Source: an uncultured archaeon (GTDB lineage Archaea; Asgardarchaeota; Lokiarchaeia; Sigyniarchaeales; SOKP01). Taken from it: a stretch of DNA of 64,000 bases. Location of the stretch: contig CAYLZE010000002.1 in NCBI GenBank assembly GCA_964388035.1, positions 34,041 to 98,040 on the forward strand, given 5' to 3'. Of this stretch, positions 9,211 to 19,660 are shown piece by piece (position 1 is the first letter of the stretch; each line of letters starts with the position of its first letter). Made by a program: the position numbers and the translations under genes. The notes under the pieces were generated by a model, which did no database searches, had not been told where the DNA came from, and saw only the letters and a list, made by a program, of their open reading frames with translations.

Positions 9211-9546
9211 TTATTTTTTTACTAGCTTATTAATTTTTTCTTGTAAAAGAATGTTCTCATCCCTTAATCTTTCAATTTCTAACATTAAAGTATTAGTTAT
9301 CAATAATACTTGTTCTTTAGAAAAAATATCATCATCTGCCAGCTTTTTAGTTTCCACGCCCCTTATTTCTAAATTTTTATCAAGATACAAGGTGGTTAAT
9401 ATATCTTTTAATTCTCCGTGTAAATAAACATAGGGAAATGGAAATTCGGATTGATTCTTAATTATGGATTTCTGAAGCATTATTTCGTGAATAGCATTAC
9501 AATAGGGACATTTGTAATTTCTTGAAATACAGCTTTTTTGATCCAT
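9211..9546 (-). CDS. Small CxxC protein with C-terminal coiled coil
   Basis: CPYC...H, FPFPYVYLHG...TTLYLDKNLEIRGVE, heptad-like tail; co-oriented with the Rab-like gene. Confidence 0.75.
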   Translation of the reverse strand: MDQKSCISRNYKCPYCNAIHEIMLQKSIIKNQSEFPFPYVYLHGELKDILTTLYLDKNLEIRGVETKKLADDDIFSKEQVLLITNTLMLEIERLRDENILLQEKINKLVKK

Positions 9547-9862
9547 TTTTGAAAATTAAATATCTTTTGTTGTAATATGAATATGACTTGATATAAGCAT
9601 GTAGAAATTTTAGAACTATAGAAATAATATACCACAAATATAAAAATTTAAAGAAATGCAAAAGGATATTTATTTAAACAAGGATCTTTATTTTGACTAA
9701 TCCTTTAATCAATTATATTAGATGGGCACCAATTTAATTCTACTTAAAACTTATAATCGAGTTTCATTAATAAGGGGCCTTAAGAGGGCAGATTCCTTTT
9801 AATGGGGATTTTGGAGTATATCCCCGGGAGGATAATGAAATTATTGAAATATTTTAGCGAGA

Positions 9863-10099
9863 ATGTTAGTAACAGATCGTTATAAATATATCTGGAATGA
9901 TGGAGATTTGGACGAGTTGCATGAATTAAAAGAGGACCCATTTGAGATGAATAATATCATCAATGTTCAAGCATATGAAGTTATATTGAAAGAAATGAGA
10001 AAACGCTTGGAAATATGGCGAAAAAAGACGGGGGTTGATATCACCTCCGAAATGATTAAGGGAAGGAAATTAAAGAGAAAAATACCAAATCATTATTAG
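9863..10099 (+). pseudogene. C-terminal remnant of a sulfatase-like hydrolase
   Basis: RMLVTDRYKYIWN...DELHELKEDPFEMNNI resembles the sulfatase C-terminal ELYDLxxDPxE motif; no catalytic N-terminal part upstream. Confidence 0.7.
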
Positions 10100-10185
10100 A
10101 ATGGCATTAATATTAAGAATTTTTGTGTTTTCAATCCTTTTTGAATCACATGAGTTCGTTTAAAAACTATGATATTTTACTTATA

Positions 10186-10350
10186 GGTATTCTTTCTTCT
10201 TTTCAAATTCTCGATTTAAGCTTAAGATATGCCACGAATCTGCTTTAATTCATTAAAAGAATTATTTCATTGAATCTCTAAATCTTTCAAAGCATCGATC
10301 TCTTGAGAGAATAAAATAGCGATTATATGCACTTTCAAATCCGAAAGAAG
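10186..10350 (-). pseudogene. Decayed helix-hairpin-helix protein fragment
   Basis: Single frame reads LLSDLKVHIIAILFSQEIDALKDLEIQ*NNSFNELKQIRGIS*A*IENLKRR, an HhH-like ELxxIxGI motif with 3 stops. Confidence 0.35.
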
Positions 10351-10530
10351 GGAAGATCAACCTTTAAATAGAATTATTTAGGTATTATATTAATGGCATT
10401 GTTAAATCTAAATACTCATGAATATAACATCTTATTTCTTCTTAAGATTATTTTATTAGGTATTAAGCTAACTATTTCTATATTTTGAAAAAAGAAAAGA
10501 AAAAAAAATCATAAAATGAGGTCATAATCT

Positions 10531-11937
10531 TCACATTTTTAACTCCTTTAGTTTAATGACATTTTCGTCCATTTCTTCGGGTGTAATTTTATAGAGCAAG
10601 GAAAAAACTATAACTCCAATTCCCAAAATAATTATTGGAAAAATGCCCACTTGAATCCGTAATCCTATTAACTGTTCGGGTGTATTGTTACCTTGAGGAT
10701 TGTAATTGAAAAATGTTTGAACAATCCAAAAAATACCCGACTGAATTGCTATCGATATGCGAGAAAAGAAAATCCATGTTCCTCGATAAAGTCCTTCGCG
10801 CCGAGATCCCGAATTAATGGTGGCTTTATCTACCACGGATGAAAAGAGCGGCCACGTCATGGTAATAATGGCTCCATCCGCGGTTCCCGCAGCAAGAAAT
10901 CCGATAATTACGATGGGAATTCCGGATACACCTACAGGAATAAACAGAAATAACAACATGATGCTTCCTAAAATGATTCCTCCAATCATGACGGTTCTTT
11001 TTATCCCAAGTTTAAAAGAAGCTTTGTACCAAAACGGAGTTGCTACGATCACCGCAAGAATATAGAAAAGCACGAATAGTTCTCCAATTTTGGAAAGTTG
11101 GAGGAAATCTCTTACCACAAAGGGTAAAGAGGCCATAACAAGGCCCATGCAGCTCGAATAACATACAAAAAAGAACATATGCCCCAAGAAGTTTCTGTCT
11201 GTCAATGCCGTCTTCATGTTACCAAAAAAAGGTTCAGGTTTTTTATCTTTCTCCATTTGTAATCTCCGATCTATCATTTCTTTATCCTCTCTCACCCCTG
11301 GAATCATTCCTATCATGGCTCCAACTGCAATGATTGCAATTATTATCGACATGTAAGTGTATCCAATTTCTGTCCCATATGTTTCTATTATTAACACAGG
11401 CACTAGCACGCCCGTGAGGATTCCGAATGTCTCAAGGTATGTTTCTAAGGTACCCGCAATTCTCCTATCTTTATTATGACGGAATTTGTCGGGAAAAAGC
11501 GCATATCGATTAATATCATAGAGCGAGAAGAATGTGTCCATCAAGCATTGGGAGAGAAGAAACCATAGAAATACGGTCGATTGTCCTGCTTGAGCAGCTT
11601 TAGGAGCAGTATAGATAATAATTACCATGAAACAATACGGAATGGCGCCCGTGATGATAAACGGAAATCTTTTACCCCATTTTTTGACAAATCGAGTTGA
11701 TCTATCGCAAAAATAGCCCATGATTGGGTCATTAAACATGTTGAAAAGCATGTAGATTACTTGTGCAATAAAGTAGAACGTGATGGCAATCCCTATTTCG
11801 CTCTGATAATAAAAAGCTAATTGCTGTGAATACATCTGACTCATCATCAAGTTTACAAAATTCCCCAGCTGAAAGCTGGCAAGGATCTTTTTTGAATACC
11901 GTTTAATATCCGCTTTCCCTAATTCTTCTTTTTCCAT
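10531..11937 (-). CDS. GPH/MelB-family MFS transporter
   Basis: About 12 TM; NDPIMGYFCDR...WGKRFPF and RREGLYRG motifs. Confidence 0.92.
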   Translation of the reverse strand: MEKEELGKADIKRYSKKILASFQLGNFVNLMMSQMYSQQLAFYYQSEIGIAITFYFIAQVIYMLFNMFNDPIMGYFCDRSTRFVKKWGKRFPFIITGAIPYCFMVIIIYTAPKAAQAGQSTVFLWFLLSQCLMDTFFSLYDINRYALFPDKFRHNKDRRIAGTLETYLETFGILTGVLVPVLIIETYGTEIGYTYMSIIIAIIAVGAMIGMIPGVREDKEMIDRRLQMEKDKKPEPFFGNMKTALTDRNFLGHMFFFVCYSSCMGLVMASLPFVVRDFLQLSKIGELFVLFYILAVIVATPFWYKASFKLGIKRTVMIGGIILGSIMLLFLFIPVGVSGIPIVIIGFLAAGTADGAIITMTWPLFSSVVDKATINSGSRREGLYRGTWIFFSRISIAIQSGIFWIVQTFFNYNPQGNNTPEQLIGLRIQVGIFPIIILGIGVIVFSLLYKITPEEMDENVIKLKELKM

Positions 11938-12213
11938 ATTTACTACGTTTTTTATTTTTAATTTTTAATTGAATATGTTGTTTTTAGCTTGGAAAGTATT
12001 AAAAACTTTGCCTTGGATTTTTCTTGTTTAAAGTAAAATCAAGTGAGATCGCAATTTAAAAAAGAATTTTTTTACTTTCTCATATTAAAGGGATTCAAAT
12101 AACATAATAATATTTTTGTATATTAGAATGCTATTGTGATAAGATTAATAAACTAGTAATATCAATTTAAATAACAATAACTAATCTATAATAAAAAATG
12201 GGAATTAAATAAT

Positions 12214-12948
12214 ATGGGAATTGAAGCTTTAACGGATATAGAGATATTACAAGGCAGTTTTACCTTGGTGTTTGTGATAATCTCAATTTTACTGGGCTTG
12301 ATCATTCTTTCTAAATATTTTTCGTTAAAAAAGCAGGAATTCATCTATGTGGGTTTAGCTTGGGTTTTTCTTAGTTCCGGATGGTGGGGAAGCTCGTTTT
12401 CCTTTCTCTCGATTCTTCTCATTGGTGTTGCATTTTCTTCATCTTTATTTATTCTAATTGCTAATGTCTTCATTCCGATCGCAATAATTTGTTGGATGAA
12501 TGCTATTGGAATACTCATGTTTAAAGAACAAAAGAAGAAGATCAATATAATTACCTTGTTAATCTGTATCCCTTATGATGTCGTTATTATAATACTACTT
12601 TTCATCGATCCTCTTTTGTTAGGAGAAATTAAGCAATCATTTTATTATCAACCCGCTCTGCTTCCATTGATCTTTCAGATTTGTGCACTTTTAGTTACTA
12701 TTTCTACGGGAATATTATTTTCAGTGCGATCCATGAAAACTAGTGATCTCTTGGTGAAATGGAAAGCAAAATTTTTATTAATAGGATTCATATCATTCAC
12801 AATCGGTGCGTTTATTGATGCAACCATCGCCATGGGTGCGTTATTACTTGTCTTAGTGAGACTCATCCTAATTTTTAGTGCGTTGATGTATTTCTTAGGA
12901 TTCTTGCTTCCCGATAAGATTGCTAAACTTTTAATCGCTGAAAAATAA
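12214..12948 (+). CDS. 7-TM membrane protein (stand-alone sensor-like domain)
   Basis: Seven hydrophobic segments, no soluble domain; T-rich tract follows stop. Confidence 0.8.
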   Translation: MGIEALTDIEILQGSFTLVFVIISILLGLIILSKYFSLKKQEFIYVGLAWVFLSSGWWGSSFSFLSILLIGVAFSSSLFILIANVFIPIAIICWMNAIGILMFKEQKKKINIITLLICIPYDVVIIILLFIDPLLLGEIKQSFYYQPALLPLIFQICALLVTISTGILFSVRSMKTSDLLVKWKAKFLLIGFISFTIGAFIDATIAMGALLLVLVRLILIFSALMYFLGFLLPDKIAKLLIAEK

Positions 12949-13156
12949 TAATTTTATTTTTTTCTTTCTTTTTTATTTACATAAATTGCGGTTTCCTAAA
13001 TTTATCACTTTTTATTGCAAGAATTATTTCAAATAAAAGGTTCTAAAATGGAGTGTTTCTAAGTTGGAATTTATTACAATATTTGAAAGTTATAGAAATT
13101 AAATAATTAAACTTGCTTTCATTTTGTCAATATTAATAATAGAAAAATTAAGAGAA

Positions 13157-14089
13157 ATGTCAGAATATAATTTAAAGACCAAAATGAATGATTGGGGACC
13201 GTGGGGTGAAAAAGAATCTCGTTGCCTCATTTTTTCCGTTGGTAATCCAAATGAAGGACACGGATATGCTATTCCACGGAATATTGACGATTTACACGCT
13301 AAAAAAGCATCCTATGATCTTGAATTTCACACGGGGCAACGTTACATAGCACATATTCCTTATACTACGGATAGATGTGGTTCCGTAGCAAAAGATTGGT
13401 CTCCCTCTTACATACCATTTGAGGAATTCTTGCAGAAATCCATTGATTTTATGAAGTATCATATTAATTTCATTAGAGAGCGTGGAGAGGACATCTCGTT
13501 AATAATGTTAATCACGGGTCATGGTGGAAATGCTCAGATTTTGGAGAGAAAAAATCAAAAACTCATTCAACAAGAATTAGGAGTAAAAAAATTTATTTCA
13601 AATACCGCGTTAGTTGATAGGAGAGATGCGGGAAGAGTTCTAGAAAAAGTAAAAAAGCTGGCAATAAGCGTGATAGATACTCAAGGTTCTCGATTTGGCA
13701 TCAATTCGGCTGAGAATTTGGCAGATCTTTACACTAAGATTCTTCTTTCGGCAGGTCATGCAAGTCATGCGGAGCATAGCCTTGCTGCTGCATTAAACGT
13801 GTTAGATTTGAAAAAGGTGGAAGTAATGAATGAATTATTAGAAAAGAATTTTGAAGCCGCACTTCGAAAGTGGCCCCCTATTGGCGGACTTGGTGGGTAC
13901 TTATTACTCGGAGGGAAGTATACCGAAGCGTTGGGAACTGAGGATAATGATAAATTCGGTTTATGGAATTGTCTTAAGGGCTTAAGAAATTTAAATAGAG
14001 GAAAGTTAATCATCGCTCCCGAACTCGGCCATCTCATCCATCAATTAAGTGTGGAAATTAAAACAGAGATCATAAATAAGTACATTTAA
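13157..14089 (+). CDS. Creatininase/ArfB-family amidohydrolase
   Basis: EGHG...IDD, GHGGN, GHASHAEH metal ligands; ATG 13157 matches paralog N-terminus. Confidence 0.8.
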   Translation: MSEYNLKTKMNDWGPWGEKESRCLIFSVGNPNEGHGYAIPRNIDDLHAKKASYDLEFHTGQRYIAHIPYTTDRCGSVAKDWSPSYIPFEEFLQKSIDFMKYHINFIRERGEDISLIMLITGHGGNAQILERKNQKLIQQELGVKKFISNTALVDRRDAGRVLEKVKKLAISVIDTQGSRFGINSAENLADLYTKILLSAGHASHAEHSLAAALNVLDLKKVEVMNELLEKNFEAALRKWPPIGGLGGYLLLGGKYTEALGTEDNDKFGLWNCLKGLRNLNRGKLIIAPELGHLIHQLSVEIKTEIINKYI

Positions 14090-14137
14090 TCATAACATTA
14101 GAAGGGTTTATCACAAAATAAAAAAAAGCGTGAGAAG

Positions 14138-15070
14138 ATGGAATATTTAAATCTAAAGGGAAAAATGATGAATTGGGGCCCTTTCGAGGAGAATGAATCG
14201 AAATGGTTAATCTTTTCCGTGGGTAATCCCAATGAAGGGCATGGACCCGCAATTCCAAGAGCCACGGACGATTTTCTAGCTAAAAAAGCGGCATATGATC
14301 TTGAATTTCATACTGGGCAACGCTATGTAGCTCATATTCCTTTTACCACGGATAGTGTAGGGGTTGTTGCTAAAGATTGGTCTCCTGCTTACATTCCTTG
14401 GGAAGATTTTTTTACAAAAACGATTGAATATTTGAAATATCACATTAATTTGATTAAGGAAAGAAATGAAGATGTTTCGCGAGTATTATTAATAAATGGA
14501 CACGGAGGGAATCGACAACTCTTCGAAAGAAAAAATCAAAAGGCAATCCAAAAAGAATTAGGTGTGAGTACCTTTCTCGCTGTTACAGCCTTAGTCGATA
14601 GAAAAGATGCTGCGCCCGTCTTAGAAGAAGTTAAGATAGTTGCCAATAAAATGATCGAAACTAAAGGGAATAGATTTGGATGTTCAACTTCAGAAGATCT
14701 TAATGATTTTTACACCAAACTCTTATTATCAGCAGGACATGCATCCCATGTGGAACATTCTCTGATGGCAGCATTAGGCATGTGCGACATGCAAAAAATC
14801 GAAGTAATGAACAAAGTATTGGCGAGTGATTTTGATCAAGCTTTCAAACTCTGGCCTCCGATAGGAGGGTTAGGAGGGTACCTTTTAGCGGGAGGAAAAT
14901 ATCTGGAAGCATTAAAAACCATCGCTCCGAATGAAGCAGCCCTATGGAATTGTTTTAATGGATTAAAGACCTTGAATCAGGGTAAATTGATTATTGCACC
15001 AGAATTAGGAGAGCTCATTTTCAAAATTAGTTTGGAGAAAAAAACCGCTTTAATCAAAAAATATTTATAA
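14138..15070 (+). CDS. Creatininase/ArfB-family amidohydrolase, tandem paralog
   Basis: EGHG...TDD, NGHGGN, GHASHVEH; colinear with upstream gene. Confidence 0.8.
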   Translation: MEYLNLKGKMMNWGPFEENESKWLIFSVGNPNEGHGPAIPRATDDFLAKKAAYDLEFHTGQRYVAHIPFTTDSVGVVAKDWSPAYIPWEDFFTKTIEYLKYHINLIKERNEDVSRVLLINGHGGNRQLFERKNQKAIQKELGVSTFLAVTALVDRKDAAPVLEEVKIVANKMIETKGNRFGCSTSEDLNDFYTKLLLSAGHASHVEHSLMAALGMCDMQKIEVMNKVLASDFDQAFKLWPPIGGLGGYLLAGGKYLEALKTIAPNEAALWNCFNGLKTLNQGKLIIAPELGELIFKISLEKKTALIKKYL

Positions 15071-15129
15071 TTATTAAGGAAAAAAGGAAAAGAAGGGATT
15101 AAATTAAAAAAAAGAAAGATTGTTTCTTT

Positions 15130-16173
15130 TTATTCTACTGATTCTGGTGTTGGTTTTAAAGCGTTCGCCTTTTCATTTTTATGCAATTTCATGTAGTAAT
15201 TCATCCCATAAAACGCTAAAAATATCATTAGTGGGACGAAAAGGATAAAAACGGCTATATTCTTGAAAAGGCTTGCTTCCATATTTGGAAGTGCTTCAGC
15301 AAATCGGAACGATGCCGTGCTAAACATCAACCATAGAAGAATTGTATCCCATTTGAATATTCTGAGCTTGCTTGCCAGTAGCTCTGATTGTTCTCCGAGA
15401 AGGTTACCAAAACTATTTAATATTAGTATGAGGTTCCCGATGAAAATGACCACCGTTATAGCCATAGCGTAACCACTTCCATCATCAGGTTGTAATGCCG
15501 ATGTTATGCTATACATTTGATAGCCAGCATATACGGCAACCCCCAAGAAGAAGACTCCTATCCAAGAATTGAACGCACCACGCAAATTGAGAATTCCAGT
15601 GACAACCGCTAGAATGATAATAGAGATGATTAATATCCATGCAATGCCATACGGATTAAAGGTAGTTTCATCAATCGTATATCCCAATAAATTATGCAGG
15701 ACAAAAGCCGTTCCATAAATTATTGCTATTGAAATAACGGTTCCTCCTAAAAAAATACTCCATTGCGAGAATTCTTTAACTCCTCTTGGTAATTTATTCG
15801 TTCCATCATAAATTTTCACACCGGTCTTGTAACACGTGTACATGGTAAAAAATGCCGTAAGAAAAATGTAGGAAATAAAGGATACGTAAAAGAGATAAAT
15901 GCCTATGTAAAAGAGAATAATGATAAATGGGAGCGTAATAATTACATGTAGAAATATTCGCTTATTGCTAAATTGATCGACAGTTTTTCTAGTAAATAAA
16001 GAGGCGAAGAAGAAAATGAGACAAATTGCCATTAAAGGAAGGAATATTATTACGCTAACGAGGGGAGGCAAGAATTCATTTACGGTAAATCCAATCAATG
16101 TCCATATGACCAATATCAGATAGATGTTGTTTTTTCCTTGTGTTAACTTTTTTAAGTTTGAAAAACTACTCAT
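15130..16173 (-). CDS. Multi-pass membrane protein of unknown function
   Basis: 347 aa, roughly 10 hydrophobic segments. Confidence 0.8.
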   Translation of the reverse strand: MSSFSNLKKLTQGKNNIYLILVIWTLIGFTVNEFLPPLVSVIIFLPLMAICLIFFFASLFTRKTVDQFSNKRIFLHVIITLPFIIILFYIGIYLFYVSFISYIFLTAFFTMYTCYKTGVKIYDGTNKLPRGVKEFSQWSIFLGGTVISIAIIYGTAFVLHNLLGYTIDETTFNPYGIAWILIISIIILAVVTGILNLRGAFNSWIGVFFLGVAVYAGYQMYSITSALQPDDGSGYAMAITVVIFIGNLILILNSFGNLLGEQSELLASKLRIFKWDTILLWLMFSTASFRFAEALPNMEASLFKNIAVFILFVPLMIFLAFYGMNYYMKLHKNEKANALKPTPESVE

Positions 16174-16483
16174 GAAACTATAATAAAATTATCTTTATTT
16201 AAAGATTCACCAAAATTACCCTCGACCATGCTAATAAAGAAAAAAAAATTTGTAGGAATTTTGACAATGTATTTAGAAAAATAGAAATTTCACCTCACGC
16301 TACGAGATTTTTATTATCATGAGTTTCATTTTAATCATTTTTTTGATTTTCTCTATAATGCCATTGAATGATTGATTAAGAAAAAAACTATATTGTATCT
16401 CCTTGTCTAAATTTTTTGACTTGTATTGTAAAATATTCTTGTTAAAAAGTTATTTAAAACCGTGATGACAAACAAAATTTGAG

Positions 16484-17044
16484 GTGATTATTATGGCAAT
16501 CATGTCAGAAGAAGTTATTTTTCATGGTTTAAATCATCAAATTAGACGTGAAATCTTATATATCTTAAATAATAGTCCTAAAACATTCTCCGAATTACTA
16601 AATTATTTTGATATCTCTTCGGGGAAATTAGATTATCATTTAAAGCAGATCAAGGGATTTATAAAGAAAAATGATAAAAACACTTATGAATTAACCATCT
16701 TAGGAAATAAAGCCCTCGAAATCTTATCATCAATTCGGAAAGAACTTACGTATAATGAGCGTGGTTTATTGAAAGAGGCGTATATCTCTCAAATAGAGAG
16801 CTCGCGCCCCATAATCCTCCAAGGGATCAATCTGGGGATAGGTGGTATTGCGTTTATTATGGGAATCACAATATTTTTGATAATCGTATTCATACTGGTT
16901 CAAGATTCTCCAATATTCGTATGGCCTATCCTCATAACTATGTTAGCGGGTGAAACTATAGGCTTAATCTGGACGTTTCGCTTGAGAAAGGCAGCACCTG
17001 TTTTCATGGACCGAATTAGTAAACATTTAATGAATGGAGATTAA
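16484..17044 (+). CDS. ArsR-like wHTH regulator with two C-terminal TM helices
   Basis: LNHQIRREIL...TFSELL...SSGKLDYHLKQI...YELTILG, then two hydrophobic helices; start may be a downstream ATG. Confidence 0.85.
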   Translation: MIIMAIMSEEVIFHGLNHQIRREILYILNNSPKTFSELLNYFDISSGKLDYHLKQIKGFIKKNDKNTYELTILGNKALEILSSIRKELTYNERGLLKEAYISQIESSRPIILQGINLGIGGIAFIMGITIFLIIVFILVQDSPIFVWPILITMLAGETIGLIWTFRLRKAAPVFMDRISKHLMNGD

Positions 17045-17319
17045 AAATATCTTAAAATACTTAATTTTATAAAATTACTTTTTTTTCCTTAATATTCTCG
17101 ATAGAAAAAGATCTAAACAAAACTTATCTCCATGTTATTTTATAATGATCCAAGCGGAAATTTGAGGGAAAGTTTTAGTATAAAAAGGTAAAGGTAAAAA
17201 GAAAAAAATAAGACCGAGGGGTTCAAAAAATTAAAAAAGTTACTAAGTTATAAATACATCAATAGATAATTCCTTTTTAAGTGTGAATTATAATTATATT
17301 TTTTATAAAATCAGAAAGT

Positions 17320-18117
17320 ATGAATATTAAAGAACTTCTGATTCCAAGGAGTATTGGTGGTACTCTTAGTGCCATTCAATACTTTTCTTCTAAATCTCCT
17401 CCAAGTTCTATCAAGGGGAAAGCTCCCTTGTTAATATCATGTCATGGGTTTACGGGCGATAAATATGAAGTGGAACGGTTTCCTAAAGTATCTAAGGCCT
17501 TCAATCAAGAGGGCTTTGATACGCTCATTTTTGACTTTTCTGGCTCGGGAGAAAATCCTAGAGAAGTTGTGACTCTTTCCAAGCAAGTTAGAGATTTGAA
17601 AGATGTACATGATTGGGCTGAAAAGCAAGAATATACGTGGATTGCATTATTAGGGTTGTCTTTTGGAGGTTTAACTTCAGTTGCTGCAAATTTATCTGAT
17701 ATTAAGGCCATGATCTTATGGGCTCCCGTATTAGATTATCATGAAACCTTTGAAAATGAAAATTTAAATCTCTTTAAAGCTTTAGATAATCTTTGGAAAC
17801 GACCTTTAAAATTACCTACTTCTGGAAAAGGGGGAAAAATATTAGTAGATAAAAGTTTTTCTGAGGATCTCTTAAAGCATGATGTGAAATCCTTATTAAA
17901 AAAACAAAACATACCAACTTTGATAATTCAAGGAACAAATGATTCCGTTGTTAAACTTGAGACTACAAGAAGTGCTTTCAAGTTGTTTCCTCGAGATGAT
18001 TTACACGTTTTAGTGGAAGTAGAAGGAGCAACCCATGATTTTAATAATAAGCATTTAGACCAATTCATTGCAATTTCGATTAATTGGATGACCAAAATCA
18101 TGAATATTGCTACATGA
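17320..18117 (+). CDS. Alpha/beta-fold hydrolase
   Basis: HGFTG, FDFSGSGE, GLSFGG nucleophile elbow, QGTND, ATH. Confidence 0.92.
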   Translation: MNIKELLIPRSIGGTLSAIQYFSSKSPPSSIKGKAPLLISCHGFTGDKYEVERFPKVSKAFNQEGFDTLIFDFSGSGENPREVVTLSKQVRDLKDVHDWAEKQEYTWIALLGLSFGGLTSVAANLSDIKAMILWAPVLDYHETFENENLNLFKALDNLWKRPLKLPTSGKGGKILVDKSFSEDLLKHDVKSLLKKQNIPTLIIQGTNDSVVKLETTRSAFKLFPRDDLHVLVEVEGATHDFNNKHLDQFIAISINWMTKIMNIAT

Positions 18118-18161
18118 TTGGTTGCTTAATTTGATAAAAAAAAGGGATTAAGAGTAATATT

Positions 18162-19391
18162 TTAGTGCTCTTCCGTTAGATAATGCAAGGCCGTGAGTGC
18201 AAATAATTTGGTAGTATTCATTAAGTCCTCAACATGTACAAACTCATCCTGCGCGTGAACATTATTATCCCCTCGGGATGATCCAATCAAAATAGTTTCA
18301 ATTCCTCGTTCTTGAAACCAATGAGCATCCGTGGATGGTAAGAAGAGCTTGAATTCTCTCTCTTCTTTAAATGCCGCTTTTGTAGCATTTTTAACCGCTC
18401 GTGCAAAAGGGGATTTCTCATCAATTACTTGAGGCTCGAACACTACGGGCATCTGAACTGTAATGTCTAAATAGGGATCTTCCTTTTTTAATTTTTCAAC
18501 ATGCTCCAGTATTCTTGACTGTATGCTCGCCACATCTTGTTCTGGAATGGTATTAATACTGCAATGCATGAAACACTTATCTGGCACGGTGGTAATCTTG
18601 TTCCCACCATGGATTTCTGCGATATTAATACTGCTAACGGCAGCATTCCACCCAGGAGGTAACGAATATTTTGTTTCCTTCTTTAAAAATTCTTGCTTGA
18701 GTTCTAATAAGAAATTCTGTATTTTCACCATTTTTTCAATTGCATTTATACCTGAATGTTCATTACGATAAGGAGAGGGTAAATCAGGAAATCCCAATCC
18801 ATGAGCTTGTTTTCCTTTGATAGTAAAGGTAATATACATGGTGCCACCGCAATAGCCAAAGGGATAATCACAAGGAGCATCTCCCAGTAGACAAGCATCC
18901 CCATTAATGAATTGTTTATCCAGGAGATAATCCACCCCTCTATAACCTCCCGTTTCTTCATCGACCGCAGCCGTAAGAATCAATTTTCCCTTTAATTTAG
19001 TAGTTTGTTCCAATAATGCTTTAGTCGCAAAGATTTCTGCAGTCACGCTGGATTTATCATCTGAAGAACCACGACCATAAATTTTCCCATCCACTAACTC
19101 TCCTCCAAAGGGATCTTTACTCCAACCTCCAAATGCTTCTACCGTATCTAAATGTCCATAAAGTATGAGGGTGGGACCTTTATCCCCTTTAATTTCTCCA
19201 ATAACATTATCCCTTTTCACGCTTGAATCTAAACCTAATTCTTTAAAAATTGTCAAAATATAATTTGAAAGCTCTTTATATTTTCGAGGAGGATTTTCAG
19301 AAGGGATTTGTATTATTTTTTGATGAAAAGCAATAATTTCCTCCTGCATTTCATCTATACGCTTCAATATCTTTTGCTCTAACTCATTCAT
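18162..19391 (-). CDS. M20 (ArgE/DapE-family) metallopeptidase/deacylase
   Basis: GHLDTV, GRGSSDDK, DEETGG, TDA, HAQDE. Confidence 0.93.
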   Translation of the reverse strand: MNELEQKILKRIDEMQEEIIAFHQKIIQIPSENPPRKYKELSNYILTIFKELGLDSSVKRDNVIGEIKGDKGPTLILYGHLDTVEAFGGWSKDPFGGELVDGKIYGRGSSDDKSSVTAEIFATKALLEQTTKLKGKLILTAAVDEETGGYRGVDYLLDKQFINGDACLLGDAPCDYPFGYCGGTMYITFTIKGKQAHGLGFPDLPSPYRNEHSGINAIEKMVKIQNFLLELKQEFLKKETKYSLPPGWNAAVSSINIAEIHGGNKITTVPDKCFMHCSINTIPEQDVASIQSRILEHVEKLKKEDPYLDITVQMPVVFEPQVIDEKSPFARAVKNATKAAFKEEREFKLFLPSTDAHWFQERGIETILIGSSRGDNNVHAQDEFVHVEDLMNTTKLFALTALHYLTEEH

Positions 19392-19660
19392 AATACTGAT
19401 AATAATTTCAATTAATTTTTTGTATTAATTAAAATAAATCAACGAATAATTATATATTCTTTAGACGAGTTTGTTCTAAAACGATATCGATTGCGAATCA
19501 ATTAGTTAGAATTAATGTTCTTTAGAAAAATAATTAATTTTCTCAGTAGGGAAAATTCTCCCCATAATTAAAAGAAACTTAATTGATTTGGGGAAAATGG
19601 TAAATTGGCTGTTTGAAATTATCATTTAATCTTATAATAATAATAAAAAAATTGTTTTTT

